NCBI RefSeq assembly: GCF_964355755.1
Contig: NC_092671.1
Location: 21,219,217 to 21,283,216, forward strand
DNA: 64,000 bases
Direction of reading: 5' to 3'
DNA from: Antedon mediterranea
Taxonomy: Eukaryota; Animalia; Echinodermata
A program made the position numbers and the translations under genes. Numbering within the stretch: the first letter of the stretch is position 1; each line of letters starts with the position of its first letter. Below are positions 40,098-53,615 of the stretch, one piece after another. The notes under the pieces were generated by a model. That model had not been told where the DNA came from and made no database searches. It was given only the letters and a program-made list of their open reading frames with translations.

Positions 40098-42354
40098 TAT
40101 ATCTCTCTCTCTCTCGCTGATCTATCTCTCTCTTTCGCTGATCTATCTCTCTCTCTCGCTGATCTATCTGTCTCTCTCACTGATCTGTCTCTCTTTCTCT
40201 CGCTTATCTATCTCTATCTCTCGCTGATCTATCTCTCTCTCGCTGATCTATCTCTCTCTTGCTGATCTATCTCTCTCTCGCTGATCTATCTCTTTCTCCC
40301 TGATCTATCTCTCTCTCGGTGATCTATCTCTCTCTTTCTCTCGCTGATCTATCTCTCTGTCGCTGATCTATCTCTCTCTCGCTGATCTATCTCTCTCTCG
40401 CTGATCTATCTCTCTCTCGCTGATCTATCTCTTTCTCGCTGATCTATCTCTCTCTCGCTGATCTATCTCTCTATCTCTCGCTGATCTATCTCTCTGTCGC
40501 TGATCTATCTCTCTCTCGCTGATCTATCTCTCTCTCGCTGATCTATCTCTCTCTCGCTGATCCATCTCCCTCTCGCTGATCTATCTCTCTCTCTTGCTGA
40601 TCTATCTCTGTCTCCCGCAGATCTATCTCTGTCTCTCGCTGATCTATCTCTCTCTCTCGCTGATCTATCTCTCTCTCTCGCTGATCTCTCTCTCTCTCTC
40701 TCTCGCTGATCTATCTCTCTCTCGCTGATCTCTCTCTCTCTCGCTGATCTATCTCTCTCTCGCTGATCTAACTCTCTCTCGCTGATCTCTCTCTCTCGCT
40801 GATCTATCTCTCGCTGATCTATCTCTCTCTCTCGCTGATCTATCTCTCTCTCTCGCTGATATATCTCTCTCTCGCTGATCTATCTCTCTCTCTCTCGCTG
40901 ATCTATCTCTCTCTCTCCTGTTGATCTATCTCTCTCTCTCTCTCTCGCTGATCTATCTCTCGCTGATCTATCTCTCTCTCTCTCGCTGATCTATCTCTCT
41001 CTGTCTCGCTGATCTATCTCTGTCTCGCTGATCTATCTCTCTCTCTCGCTGATCTATCTCTCTCCCTGATCTATCTCTCTCTCGCTGATCTATCTCTCAC
41101 TCGCTGATCTATCTCTCTCTCGCTGATCTATCTCTGTCTGTCACTGATCTATCTCTGTCTCTCGCTGATCAATCTCTGTCTCTCGCTGATCTATCTCTCT
41201 CTCGCTGATCTATCTCTCTCTCGCTGATCTCTCTCTGTCTCTCGCTGATCTATCTCTGTCTCTCGCTGATCTATCTGTCTCTCGCTGATCTATCTGTCTC
41301 TCGCTGATCTATCTCTCTCTCGCTGATCTATCTCTCTCTCGCTGATCTATCTCTCTCTCGCTGATCTATTTCTTTCTCGCTGATCTATCTTTCTCTCTCG
41401 CTGATCTCTCTCTCTCTCTCTCTCGCTGATCTATCTCTCTCTCGCTGATCTATCTCTCTCTTGGTGGTCTATCTCTCTCTCTCTCGCTGACCTATCTCTC
41501 TCTCGCTGATCTATCTCTCTCTCGCTGATCTATCTCTCTCTCGCTGATCTATCTCTCTCTCACTGATCTATATCTCTCTCGCTGATCTATCTCTCTCTTG
41601 CTGATCTATCTCTCTCTCGCTGATCTATCTCTCTCTCGCAGATCTATCTCTCTCTCGCTGATCTATCTCTCTCTCTCGCTGATCTATCTCTCTCCCTGAT
41701 CTATCTCTCTCTTGCTGATCTATCTCTCACTCGCTGATCTATCTCTCTCTTGCTGATCTATCTCTGTCTGTCGCTGATCTATCTCTGTCTCTCGCTGATC
41801 AATCTCTGTCTCTCGCTGATCTATCTCTCTCTCGCTGATCTATCTCTCACTCGCTGATCTATCTCTCTTTCTATCGCTGATCTATCTCTCTCTCGCTGAT
41901 CTATCTCTCTCTCGCTGATCTATCTCTCTCTCGCTGATATATATCTCTCTCTCGCTGATCTATCTCTCTCTCGCTGATCTATCTCTTTCTCGCTGATCTA
42001 TCTCTCTCCTCTCGCTGATCTCTCTATCTCTCGCTGATCTATCTCTCTCTTGGTGGTCTCTCTCTCTCTCTCTCTCGCTGATCTATCTCTCTCTCGCTGA
42101 TCTATCTCTCTCGCTGATCTATCTCTCTCTCGCTGATCTATCTCTCTCTCGCTGATCTATCTCTCTCTCGCTGATCTATCTCTCTCTCGCAGATCTATCT
42201 CTCTCTCGCTGATCTATCTCTCTCTCGCTGATCCATCTCCCTCTCGCTGATCTATCTCTCTCTCTTGCTGATCTATCTCTGTCTCTCGCTGATCTATCTC
42301 TGTCTCTCGCTGATCTATCTCTCTCTCTCGCTGATCTATCTCTCTCTCTCGCTG

Positions 42355-42385
<31 letters not shown>

Positions 42386-45340
42386 GCTGATCTATCTCTC
42401 TCTCGCCGATCTCTCTCTCGCTGATCTATCTCTCTCTCGCTGATCTCTCTCTTTTGCTGATCTATCTCTCGCTGATCTATCTCTCTCTCTCGCTGATCTA
42501 TCTCTCTCTCTCTCTCGCTGATATATCTCTCTCTCGCTGATCTATCTCTCTCTCTCGCTGATCTATCTCTCTCTCCTGCTGATCTATCTCTATCTCTCTC
42601 TCTCTCGCTGATCTATCTCTCGCTGATCTATCTCTCTCTCTCGCTGATCTATCTCTCTCTGTCTCGCTGATCTATCTCTGTCTCGCTGATCTATCTCTCT
42701 CGCTGATCTATCTCTCGCTGATCTTCTCTCGCTGATCTATTTCTCTCTCTCGCTGATATATCTCTCTCTCGCTGATCTATCTCTCTCTCTCCTGCTGATC
42801 TATCTCTCTCTCTCGCTGATCTATCTCTCGCTGATCTATCTCTCTCTCTCTCTCTCTCTCGCTGATCTAACTCTCTCTGTCTCGCTGATCTATCTCTGTC
42901 TCGCTGATCTATCTTTCTCTCTCGCTGATCTATCTCTCTCCCTGATCTATCTCTCTCTCGCTGATCTATCTCTCACTCGCTGATCTATCTCTCTCTCGCT
43001 GATCTATCTCTGTCTGTCGCTGATCTATCTCTGTCTCTCGCTGATCAATCTCTGTCTCTCGCTGATCTATCTCTCTCTCGCTGATCTATCTCTCTCTCGC
43101 TGATCTATCTCTCTCTCTCTCTCGCTGATCTATCTCTCTCTCGCTGATCTATCTCTCTCTCGCTGATATATATCTCTCTCTCGCTGATCTATCTCTCTCT
43201 CGCTGATCTATCTCTCTCTCGCTGATCTATCTCTCTCTCGCTGATCTATCTCTCTCTCGCTGATCTATCTCCTACTCCCTGATCTATCTCTCTCTCGCTG
43301 ATCTATCTCTCTCTCGCTGATCTATCTCTCTCTCTCGCTGATCTATCTCTCTCTCGCTGATCTATCTCTCTCTCGCTGATCTATCTCTCTCTCGCTGAAC
43401 TATCTCTCTCACGCTGATCCATCTCTCTCTCGCTGATCTATCTCTCTCTCGCTGATCTATCTGTCTCTCTCGCTGATCTATCTCTCTCTCGCTGATCTAT
43501 CTCTCTCTCGCTGATCTATCTCTCTCTCGCTGATCTATCTCTTTCTCGCTGATCTATCTTTCTCTCTCGCTGATCTCTCTCTCTCTCGCATATCTATCAC
43601 TCTCTCGCTGATCTCTCTCTCTCTCCCTGATCTATCTCTCTCTCTCGCTGATCTATCTCTCTCTCGCTGATCTATCTCTCTCTCGCTGATCTATCTCTCT
43701 CTCGCTGATCTATCTATCTCTTGCTGATCTATCTCTCTCTCGCTGATCTATCTCTCTCTCGCTGATCTCTCTCGCTGATCTATCTTTTTCTCGCTGATCT
43801 ATCTCTCTCTCGCTGATCTATCTGTCTCTCGCTGATCTATCTGTCTCTCACTGATCTATCTCTCTCTCGCTGATCCATCTCTCTCTCGCTGATCTATCTC
43901 TCTCTCGCTGATATATCTCTCTCTCTCGCTGATTTATCACTCTCTCGCTGATCTATCTCTCTCTCGCTGATCTTTCTCTTTCTCTCGCTTTTCTATCTCT
44001 CTCTCTCTCGCTGATCTAACTCTCTCTCTCTCGCTGATCCATCTCTCTCTCTCTCGCTAATCTATCTATCTCTCTCTCTCTCGCTGATATATCTCTCTCT
44101 CTCTCTCGCTGATCTATCTCTCTCTTTCGCTGATCTCTGTCGCTGATCTATCTGTCTCTCTCACTGATCTGTCTCTCTTTCTCTCGCTTATCTATCTCTA
44201 TCTCTCGCTGATCTATCTCTCTCTCACTGATCTATCTCTCTCTTGCTGATCTATCTCTCTCTCGCTGATCTATCTCTTTCTCGCTGATCTATCTCTCTCT
44301 CGGTGATCTATCTCTCTCTCTCTCTCTCGCTGATCTATCTCTCTGTCGCTGACCTATCTCTCTCTCGCTGATCTATCTCTCTCTCGCTGATCTATCTCTT
44401 TCTCGCTGATCTATCTCTCTCTCGGTGATCTATCTATCTCTCTCTCTCTCTCTCTCGCTGATCTATCTCTCTGTCGCTGATCTATCTCTCTGTCGCTGAT
44501 CTATCTCTCTCTCGCTGATCTATCTCTCTCTCGCTGATCCATCTTCCTCTCGCTGATCTATCTCTCTCTCTTGCTGATCTATCTCTGTCTCTCGCTGATC
44601 TATCTCTGTCTCTCGCTGATCTATCTCTCTCTCTCGCTGATCTATCTCTCTCTCTCGCTGATCGCTCTCTCTCTCTCTCTCGCTGATCTATCTCTCTCTC
44701 GCTGATCTCTCTCTCTCTCTCTCTCGCTGATCTATCTCTCTCTCGCTGATCTCTCTCTCTCGCTGATCTATCTCTCGCTGATCTATCTCTCTCTCTCGCT
44801 GATCTATCTCTCTCTCTCGCTGATATATCTCTCTCTCTCGCTGATCTATCTCTCTCTCTCGCTGATCTATCTCTCTCTCTCCTGTTGATCTATCTCTCTC
44901 TCTCTCTCGCTGATCTATCTCTCGCTGATCTATCTCTCTCTCTCTCTCTCTGATCTATCTCTCTCTGTCTCGCTGATCTATCTCTGTCTCGCTGATCTAT
45001 CTCTCTCTCTCGCTGATCTATCTCTCTCCCTGATCTATCTCTCTCTCGCTGATCTATCTCTCACTCGCTGATCTATCTCTCTCTCGCTGATCTATCTCTC
45101 TCCCTGATCTATCTCTCTCTCGCTGATCTATCTCTCACTCGCTGATCTATCTCTCTCTCGCTGATCTATCTCTGTCTCTCGCTGATCAATCTCTGTCTCT
45201 CGCTGATCTATCTCTCTCTCGCTGATCTATCTCTCTCTCGCTGATCTCTCTCTGTCTCTCGCTGATCTATCTCTGTCTCTCGCTGATCTATCTGTCTCTC
45301 GCTGATCTATCTGTCTCTCGCTGATCTATCTGTCTCTCTC
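26520..45340 (+). repeat. Largest tandem duplication, ~9.41-9.49 kb period (copy 1 ~26520-35900, copy 2 ~35940-45340)
   Basis: TACTCCC 27622/37040 and 33788/43273; GATCGATC 28883/38343; GCATATC 34103/43588 (seen only at these two sites); CCATCTTCCT ~35081/44539; CCTGTTGA 26563/35979. Confidence 0.92.
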
Positions 45341-45421
45341 GCTGATCTATCTCTCTCTCGCTGATCTATCTCTCTCTCGCTGATCTATCTCTTTCTCGCT
45401 GATCTATCTTTCTCTCTCGCT

Positions 45422-45472
<51 letters not shown>

Positions 45473-46429
45473 TCTATCTCGCTCTCTCTCTCTCTCTCGC
45501 TGATCTATCTCTCTCTGTCTCGCTGATCTATCTCTGTCTCGCTGATCTATCTCTCTCGCTGATCTATCTCTCGCTGATCTATCTCTCTCTCTCGCTGATC
45601 TATTTCTCTCTCTCGCTGATATATCTCTCGCTGATCTATCTCTCTCTCTTTCTCTCTCTCTCTCACTGATCTATCTCTCTCTGTCTCGCTGATCTATCTC
45701 TGTCTCGCTGATCTATCTCTCTCTCTCTCGCTGATCTATCTCTCTCTCTCGCTGATCTATCTCTCTCCCTGATCTATCTCTGTCTGTCGCTGTTCTATCT
45801 CTGTCTCTCGCTGATCAATCTCTGTCTCTCGCTGATCTATCTCTTTCTCGCTGATCTATCTCTCTCTCGCTGATCTATCTCTCTCTCTCTCTCTCTCTCG
45901 CTGATCTATCTCTCTCTCGCTGATCTATCTCTCTCTCGCTGATATATATCTCTCTCTCGCTGATCTATCTCTCTTTCGCTGATCTATCTCTCTCTCTCGC
46001 TGATCTATCTCTCTCTCGCTGATCTATCTCTCTCTCGCTGATCTATCTCCTACTCCCTGATCTATCTCTCTCTCGCTGATCTATCTCTTTCTCGCTGATC
46101 TATCTTTCTCTCGCTGATCTATCTCTCTCGCTGATCTATCTCTCTCTCGCTGAACTATCTCTCTCACGCTGATCCATCTCTCTCTCTCGCTGATCTATCT
46201 CTCTCTCGCTGATCTATCTCTCTCTCGCTGATCTATCTCTCTCTCGCTGATCTATCTCTCTCTCGCTGATCTATCTCTCTCTCGCTGATCTCTCTCCTCT
46301 ATCTCTCTCTCGCTGATCTATCTCTCTCTCGCTGATCTATCTCTCTCTTGCTGATCTCTCGCTGATCTATCTCTCTCTCGCTGATCTATCTCTCTCTCGC
46401 TGATGTATCTCTCTCTCGCTGATCTATCT

Positions 46430-47414
46430 CTCTCTCGCTGATCAATCTCTCTTTCGCTGATCCATCTCTCTCTCTCGCTGATCCATCTCTCTCTCGCTGA
46501 TCCATCTGTCTCTCGCTGATCCATCTCTCTCTGTCTCGCTGATCTATCTCTGTCTCGCTGATCTATCTCTCTCTCTCGCTGATCTATCTCTCTCTCTGGC
46601 TGATCTATCTCTCTCTCTGATCTATCTCTCTCTCTCGCTGATCTATCTCTCTCACTGATCTATCTCTCTCTCGCTGATCTATCTCTCTCTCTCGCTGATC
46701 TATCTGTCTCTCGCTGATCTATCTCTCTCTCGCTGATCTCTCTCTCTCTCTCTCGCTGATCTCTCTGTCTCTCGCTGATCTATCTCTCTCTCTCTCTCTC
46801 TCTCGATGATCTATCTCTCTCTCTCTCTCGCTGATCTATCTCTCTCTCTCGCTGATCTATCTCTCTCTCTCTCGCTGATCTATCTCTCTCACTGATCTAT
46901 CTCTCTCTCGCTGATCTATCTCTCTCTCGCTGATCTATCTGTCTCTCGCTGATCTATCTCTCTCTCGCTGATCTATCTCTCTCTCTCGCTGATCTCTCTG
47001 TCTTTCGCTGATCTATCTCTCTCTCTCGATGATCTATCTCTCTCTCTCGCTGATCTATCTCTCTCTCTCGCTGATCTATCTCTCTCTCGCTGATCTATCT
47101 CTCTCTCGCTGATCCATCTCTCTCTCTCGCTGATCTCTCTCTCCTCGCTGATCTATCTCTCTCTCGCTGATCTATCTCTCTCTCGCTGATCTATCTCTCT
47201 CTCGTTGATCTATCTCTCTCTCGCTGAACTATCTCTCTCACGCTGATCCATCTCTCTCTCGCTGATCTATCTCTCTCTCGCTGATCTATCTCTCTCTCGC
47301 TGAACTATCTCTCTCTCGCTGATCTATCTCTCTCTCGCTGATCTATCTCTCTCTCTCGCTGATCTATCTCTCTCTCTCTCTCGCTGATCTATCTCTCTCT
47401 CTCTCGTTGATCTA

Positions 47415-47445
<31 letters not shown>

Positions 47446-47540
47446 TCTATCTCTCTCTCGCTGATCTATCTCTCTCTCGCTGATCTATCTATCTCTCGCT
47501 GATCTACCTCTCTCTCCCAGATCTATCTCTCTCTCGCTGA

Positions 47541-47581
<41 letters not shown>

Positions 47582-49209
47582 ATGATCTATCTCTGTCTCT
47601 CGCTGATCTATCTCTGTCTCTCGCTGATCTATCTCTCTCTCGCTGATCTCTCTCGCTGATCTATCTTTCTCTCGCTGATCTCTCTCTCTCTCACTGATCT
47701 ATCTCTCTCTCGCTGATCTCTCTCTCTCGCTGATCTATCTCTCGCTGATCTATCTCTCTCTCTCGCTGATCTATCTCTCTCTCTCGCTGATATATCTCTC
47801 TCTCTCGCTGATCTATCTCTCTCTCTCGCTGATCTATCTCTCTCTCTCCTGTTGATCTATCTCTCTCTCTCTCGCTGATCTATCTCTCGCTGATCTATCT
47901 CTCTCTCTCTCTCGCTGATCTATCTCTCTCTGTCTCGCTGATCTATCTCTGTCTCGCTGATCTATCTCTCTCTCTCGCTGATCTATCTCTCTCCCTGATC
48001 TATCTCTCTCTCGCTGATCTATCTCTCACTCGCTGATCTATCTCTCTCTCGCTGATCTATCTCTCTCCCTGATCTATCTCTCTCTCGCTGATCTATCTCT
48101 CACTCGCTGATCTATCTCTCTCTCGCTGATCTATCTCTGTCTCTCGCTGATCAATCTCTGTCTCTCGCTGATCTATCTCTCTCTCGCTGATCTATCTCTC
48201 TCTCGCTGATCTCTCTCTGTCTCTCGCTGATCTATCTCTCTCTCGCTGATCAATCTCTCTTTCGCTGATCCATCTCTCTCTCGCTGATCCTCTCGCTGAT
48301 CCATCTGTCTCTCGCTGATCCATCTCTCTCTGTCTCGCTGATCTATCTCTGTCTCGCTGATCTATCTCTCTCTCTCGCTGATCTATCTCTCTCTCTGGCT
48401 GATCTATCTCTCTCTCTGATCTATCTCTCTCTCTCGCTGATCTATCTCTCTCACTGATCTATCTCTCTCTCGCTGATCTATCTCTCTCTCTCGCTGATCT
48501 ATCTGTCTCTCGCTGATCTATCTCTCTCTCGCTGATCTATCTCTCTCTCTCTCGCTGATCTCTCTGTCTCTCGCTGATCTATCTCTCTCTCTCTCTCTCT
48601 CTCTCGATGATCTATCTCTCTCTCTCTCTCGCTGATCTATCTCTCTCTCTCGCTGATCTTCTCTCTCGCTGATCTATCTCTCTCACTGATCTATCTCTCT
48701 CTCGCTGATCTATCTCTCTCTCGCTGATCTATCTGTCTCTCGCTGATCTATCTCTCTCTCGCTGATCTATCTCTCTCTCTCGCTGATCTCTCTGTCTTTC
48801 GCTGATCTATCTCTCTCTCTCGATGATCTATCTCTCTCTCTCGCTGATCTATCTCTCTCTCTCGCTGATCTATCTCTCTCTCGCTGATCTATCTCTCTCT
48901 CGCTGATCCATCTCTCTCTCTCGCTGATCTCTCTCTCTCTCGCTGATCTATCTCTCTCTCGCTGATCTATCTCTCTCTCGCTGATCTATCTCTCTCTCGT
49001 TGATCTATCTCTCTCTCGCTGAACTATCTCTCTCACGCTGATCCATCTCTCTCTCGCTGATCTATCTCTCTCTCGCTGATCTATCTCTCTCTCGCTGAAC
49101 TATCTCTCTCTCGCTGATCTATCTCTCTCTCGCTGATCTATCTCTCTCTCTCGCTGATCTATCTCTCTCTCTCTCTCGCTGATCTATCTCTCTCTCTCTC
49201 GTTGATCTA

Positions 49210-49240
<31 letters not shown>

Positions 49241-49335
49241 TCTATCTCTCTCTCGCTGATCTATCTCTCTCTCGCTGATCTATCTATCTCTCGCTGATCT
49301 ACCTCTCTCTCCCAGATCTATCTCTCTCTCGCTGA

Positions 49336-49374
<39 letters not shown>

Positions 49375-50020
49375 ATGATCTATCTCTGTCTCTCGCTGAT
49401 CTATCTCTGTCTCTCGCTGATCTATCTCTCTCTCGCTGATCTCTCTCGCTGATCTATCTTTCTCTCGCTGATCTCTCTCTCTCTCACTGATCTATCTCTC
49501 TCTCGCTGATCTCTCTCTCTCGCTGATCTATCTCTCGCTGATCTATCTCTCTCTCTCGCTGATCTATCTCTCTCTCTCGCTGATATATCTCTCTCTCTCG
49601 CTGATCTATCTCTCTCTCTCGCTGATCTATCTCTCTCTCTCCTGTTGATCTATCTCTCTCTCTCTCGCTGATCTATCTCTCGCTGATCTATCTCTCTCTC
49701 TCTCTCGCTGATCTATCTCTCTCTGTCTCGCTGATCTATCTCTGTCTCGCTGATCTATCTCTCTCTCTCGCTGATCTATCTCTCTCCCTGATCTATCTCT
49801 CTCTCGCTGATCTATCTCTCACTCGCTGATCTATCTCTCTCTCGCTGATCTATCTCTCTCCCTGATCTATCTCTCTCTCGCTGATCTATCTCTCACTCGC
49901 TGATCTATCTCTCTCTCGCTGATCTATCTCTGTCTCTCGCTGATCAATCTCTGTCTCTCGCTGATCTATCTCTCTCTCGCTGATCTATCTCTCTCTCGCT
50001 GATCTCTCTCTGTCTCTCGC
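46430..50020 (+). repeat. Tandem duplication, ~1.8 kb period (junction near 48235)
   Basis: GATCAATCTCTCTTTCGC ~46440/48248; TGTCTTTCGC ~46999/48793; CCCAGATC 47516/49311; CCTGTTGA ~47848/49641. Confidence 0.88.
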
Positions 50021-50178
50021 TGATCTATCTCTGTCTCTCGCTGATCTATCTGTCTCTCGCTGATCTATCTGTCTCTCGCTGATCTATCTGTTTCCCTCGC
50101 TGATCTATCTCTCTCTCGCTGATCTATCTGTCTCTCGCTGATCTATCTCTTTCTCGCTGATCTATCTTCTCTCTCGCT

Positions 50179-50281
<103 letters not shown>

Positions 50282-51629
50282 TCTATCTCGCTCTCTCTCT
50301 CTCGCTGATCTATCTCTCTCTGTCTCGCTGATCTATCTCTGTCTCGCTGATCTATCTCTCTCGCTGATCTATCTCTCGCTGATCTATCTCTCTCTCTCGC
50401 TGATCTATTTCTCTCTCTCGCTGATATATCTCTCTCTCGCTGATCTATCTCTCTCTCTCCTGCTGATCTATCTCTCTCTCTCGCTGATCTATCTCTCGCT
50501 GATCTATCTCTCTCTCTTTCTCTCTCTCTCTCACTGATCTATCTCTCTCTGTCTCGCTGATCTATCTCTGTCTCGCTGATCTATCTCTCTCTCTCTCGCT
50601 GATCTATCTCTCTCTCTCGCTGATCTATCTCTCTCCCTGATCTATCTCTGTCTGTCGCTGTTCTATCTCTGTCTCTCGCTGATCAATCTCTGTCTCTCGC
50701 TGATCTATCTCTTTCTCGCTGATCTATCTCTCTCTCGCTGATCTATCTCTCTCTCTCTCTCTCGCTGATCTATCTCTCTCTCGCTGATCTATCTCTCTCT
50801 CGCTGATATATATCTCTCTCTCGCTGATCTATCTCTCTTTCGCTGATCTATCTCTCTCTCGCTGATCTATCTCTCTCTCGCTGATCTATCTCTTTCTCGC
50901 TGATCTATCTCTCTCTCGCTGATCTATCTCTCTCTCGCTGATCTATCTCTCTCTCGCTGATCTATCTCTCTCTCGCTGATCTATCTCTCTCTCGCTGATA
51001 TATATCTCTCTCTCGCTGATCTATCTCTCTTTCGCTGATCTATCTCTCTCTCGCTGATCTATCTCTCTCTCGCTGATCTATCTCTCTCTCGCTGATCTAT
51101 CTCTCTCTCGCTGATCTATCTCTCTCTCGCTGATCTCTCTCCTCTATCTCTCTCTCGCTGATCTATCTCTCTCTCGCTGATCTATCTCTCTCTTGCTGAT
51201 CTATCTCTCTCTCGCTGATCTATCTCTCTCTCGCTGATCTATCTCTCTCTCGCTGATGTATCTCTCTCTCGCTGATCTATCTCTCTCTCGCTGATCAATC
51301 TCTCTTTCGCTGATCCATCTCTCTCTCGCTGATCCATCTCTCTCTCGCTGATCCATCTGTCTCTCGCTGATCCATCTCTCTCTGTCTCGCTGATCTATCT
51401 CTGTCTCGCTGATCTATCTCTCTCTCTCGCTGATCTATCTCTCTCTCTCGCTGATCTATCTCTCTCTCTGATCTATCTCTCTCTCTCGCTGATCTATCTC
51501 TCTCACTGATCTATCTCTCTCTCGCTGATCTATCTCTCTCTCTCGCTGATCTATCTGTCTCTCGCTGATCTATCTCTCTCTCGCTGATCTATCTCTCTCT
51601 CTCTCGCTGATCTCTCTGTCTCTCGCTGA

Positions 51630-51669
<40 letters not shown>

Positions 51670-52359
51670 ATCTATCTCTCTCTCTCTCGCTGATCTATCT
51701 CTCTCTCTCGCTGATCTATCTCTCTCTCTCTCTCTCGCTGATCTATCTCTCTCACTGATCTATCTCTCTCTCGCTGATCTATCTCTCTCTCGCTGATCTA
51801 TCTGTCTCTCGCTGATCTATCTCTCTCTCGCTGATCTATCTCTCTCTCTCGCTGATCTCTCTGTCTTTCGCTGATCTATCTCTCTCTCTCTCGATGATCT
51901 ATCTCTCTCTCTCTCGCTGATCTATCTCTCTCTCTCGCTGATCTATCTCTCTCTCGCTGATCTATCTCTCTCTCGCTGATCCATCTCTCTCTCTCGCTGA
52001 TCTCTCTCTCTCTCGCTGATCTATCTCTCTCTCGCTGATCTATCTCTCTCTCGCTGATCTATCTCTCTCTCGTTGATCTATCTCTCTCTCGCTGAACTAT
52101 CTCTCTCACGCTGATCCATCTCTCTCTCGCTGATCTATCTCTCTCTCGCTGATCTATCTCTCTCTCGCTGAACTATCTCTCTCTCGCTGATCTATCTCTC
52201 TCTCGCTGATCTATCTCTCTCTCTCGCTGATCTATCTCTCTCTCTCTCTCGCTGATCTATCTCTCTCTCTCTCGTTGATCTATCTCTCTCTCTCTCTCTC
52301 TCTCGCTGATCCTCTCTCGCTGATCTATCTCTCTCTCGCTGATCTATCTCTCTCTCGCT

Positions 52360-52696
52360 GATCTATCTCTCTCTCTCGCTGATCTATCTATCTCTCGCTG
52401 ATCTACCTCTCTCTCCCAGATTTATCTCTCTCTCGCTGATCTATCTCTCTCTCTCTCTCTCTCTCTCTTGATGATCTATCTCTGTCTCTCGCTGATCTAT
52501 CTCTGTCTCTCGCTGATCTATCTCTCTCTCGCTGATCTCTCTCGCTGATCTATCTTTCTCTCGCTGATCTCTCTCTCTCTCGCTGATCTATCTCCTCTCT
52601 CGCTGATCTTCTCTCGCTGATCTATCTCTCTCTCGCTGATCTATCTATCTCTCGCTGATCTACCTCTCTCTCCCAGATCTATCTCTCTCTCGCTGA

Positions 52697-52731
<35 letters not shown>

Positions 52732-52830
52732 ATGATCTATCTCTGTCTCTCGCTGATCTATCTCTGTCTCTCGCTGATCTATCTCTCTCTCGCTGATCTC
52801 TCTCGCTGATCTATCTTTCTCTCGCTGATC
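52360..52830 (+). repeat. Short tandem duplication, ~257 bp period
   Basis: CTACCTCTCTCTCCCAGAT with CCCAGA at 52415 and 52672, each followed by a long TC run and TTGATGATC. Confidence 0.8.
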
Positions 52831-53580
52831 TATCTCTCTCTCGCTGATCTATCTGTCTCTCGCTGATCTATCTGTCTCTCGCTGATCTATCTCTCTCTCG
52901 CTGATCCATCTCTCTCTCGCTGATCTATCTCTCTCTCTCGCTGATCTATCTCTCTCTCGCTGATCTATCTCTCTCTCCCTGATCTATCTCTCTCTCGCTG
53001 ATCTATCTCTCTCTCTCTCTCTTGATGATCTATCTCTGTCTCTCGCTGATCTATCTCTGTCTCTCGCTGATCTATCTCGCTCTCACTGATCTATCTCTCT
53101 CTCGCTGTTCTATCTCTCTCTCGCAGATCTATCTCTCTCTCTCGCTGATCTATCACTCTCTCGCTGATCTCTCTTTCTCTCGCTGATCTATCTCTCTCTC
53201 TCGCTGATCTATCTCTCTCTCTCGCTGATATATCTCTCTCTCGCTGATCTATCTCTCTCTCGCTGATCTATCTCTCTCTCTCGCTGATCTCTCTCGCTGA
53301 TCTATCTTTTTCTCGCTGATCTATCTCTCTCTCTCGCTGATCTATCTGTCTCTCGCTGATCTATCTGTCTCTCACTGATCTATCTCTCTCTTGCTGATCC
53401 ATCTCTCTCTCGCTGATCTATCTCTCTCTCGCTGATCTATCTCTCTCTCGCTGATATATATCTCTCTCTCTCGCTGATCTATCACTCTCTCGCTGATCTA
53501 TCTCTCTCGCTGATCTATCTCTTTCTCTCGCTTATCTATCTCTGTCTCTCTCGCTGATCTAACTCTCTCTCTCTCGCTGA

Positions 53581-53615
<35 letters not shown>

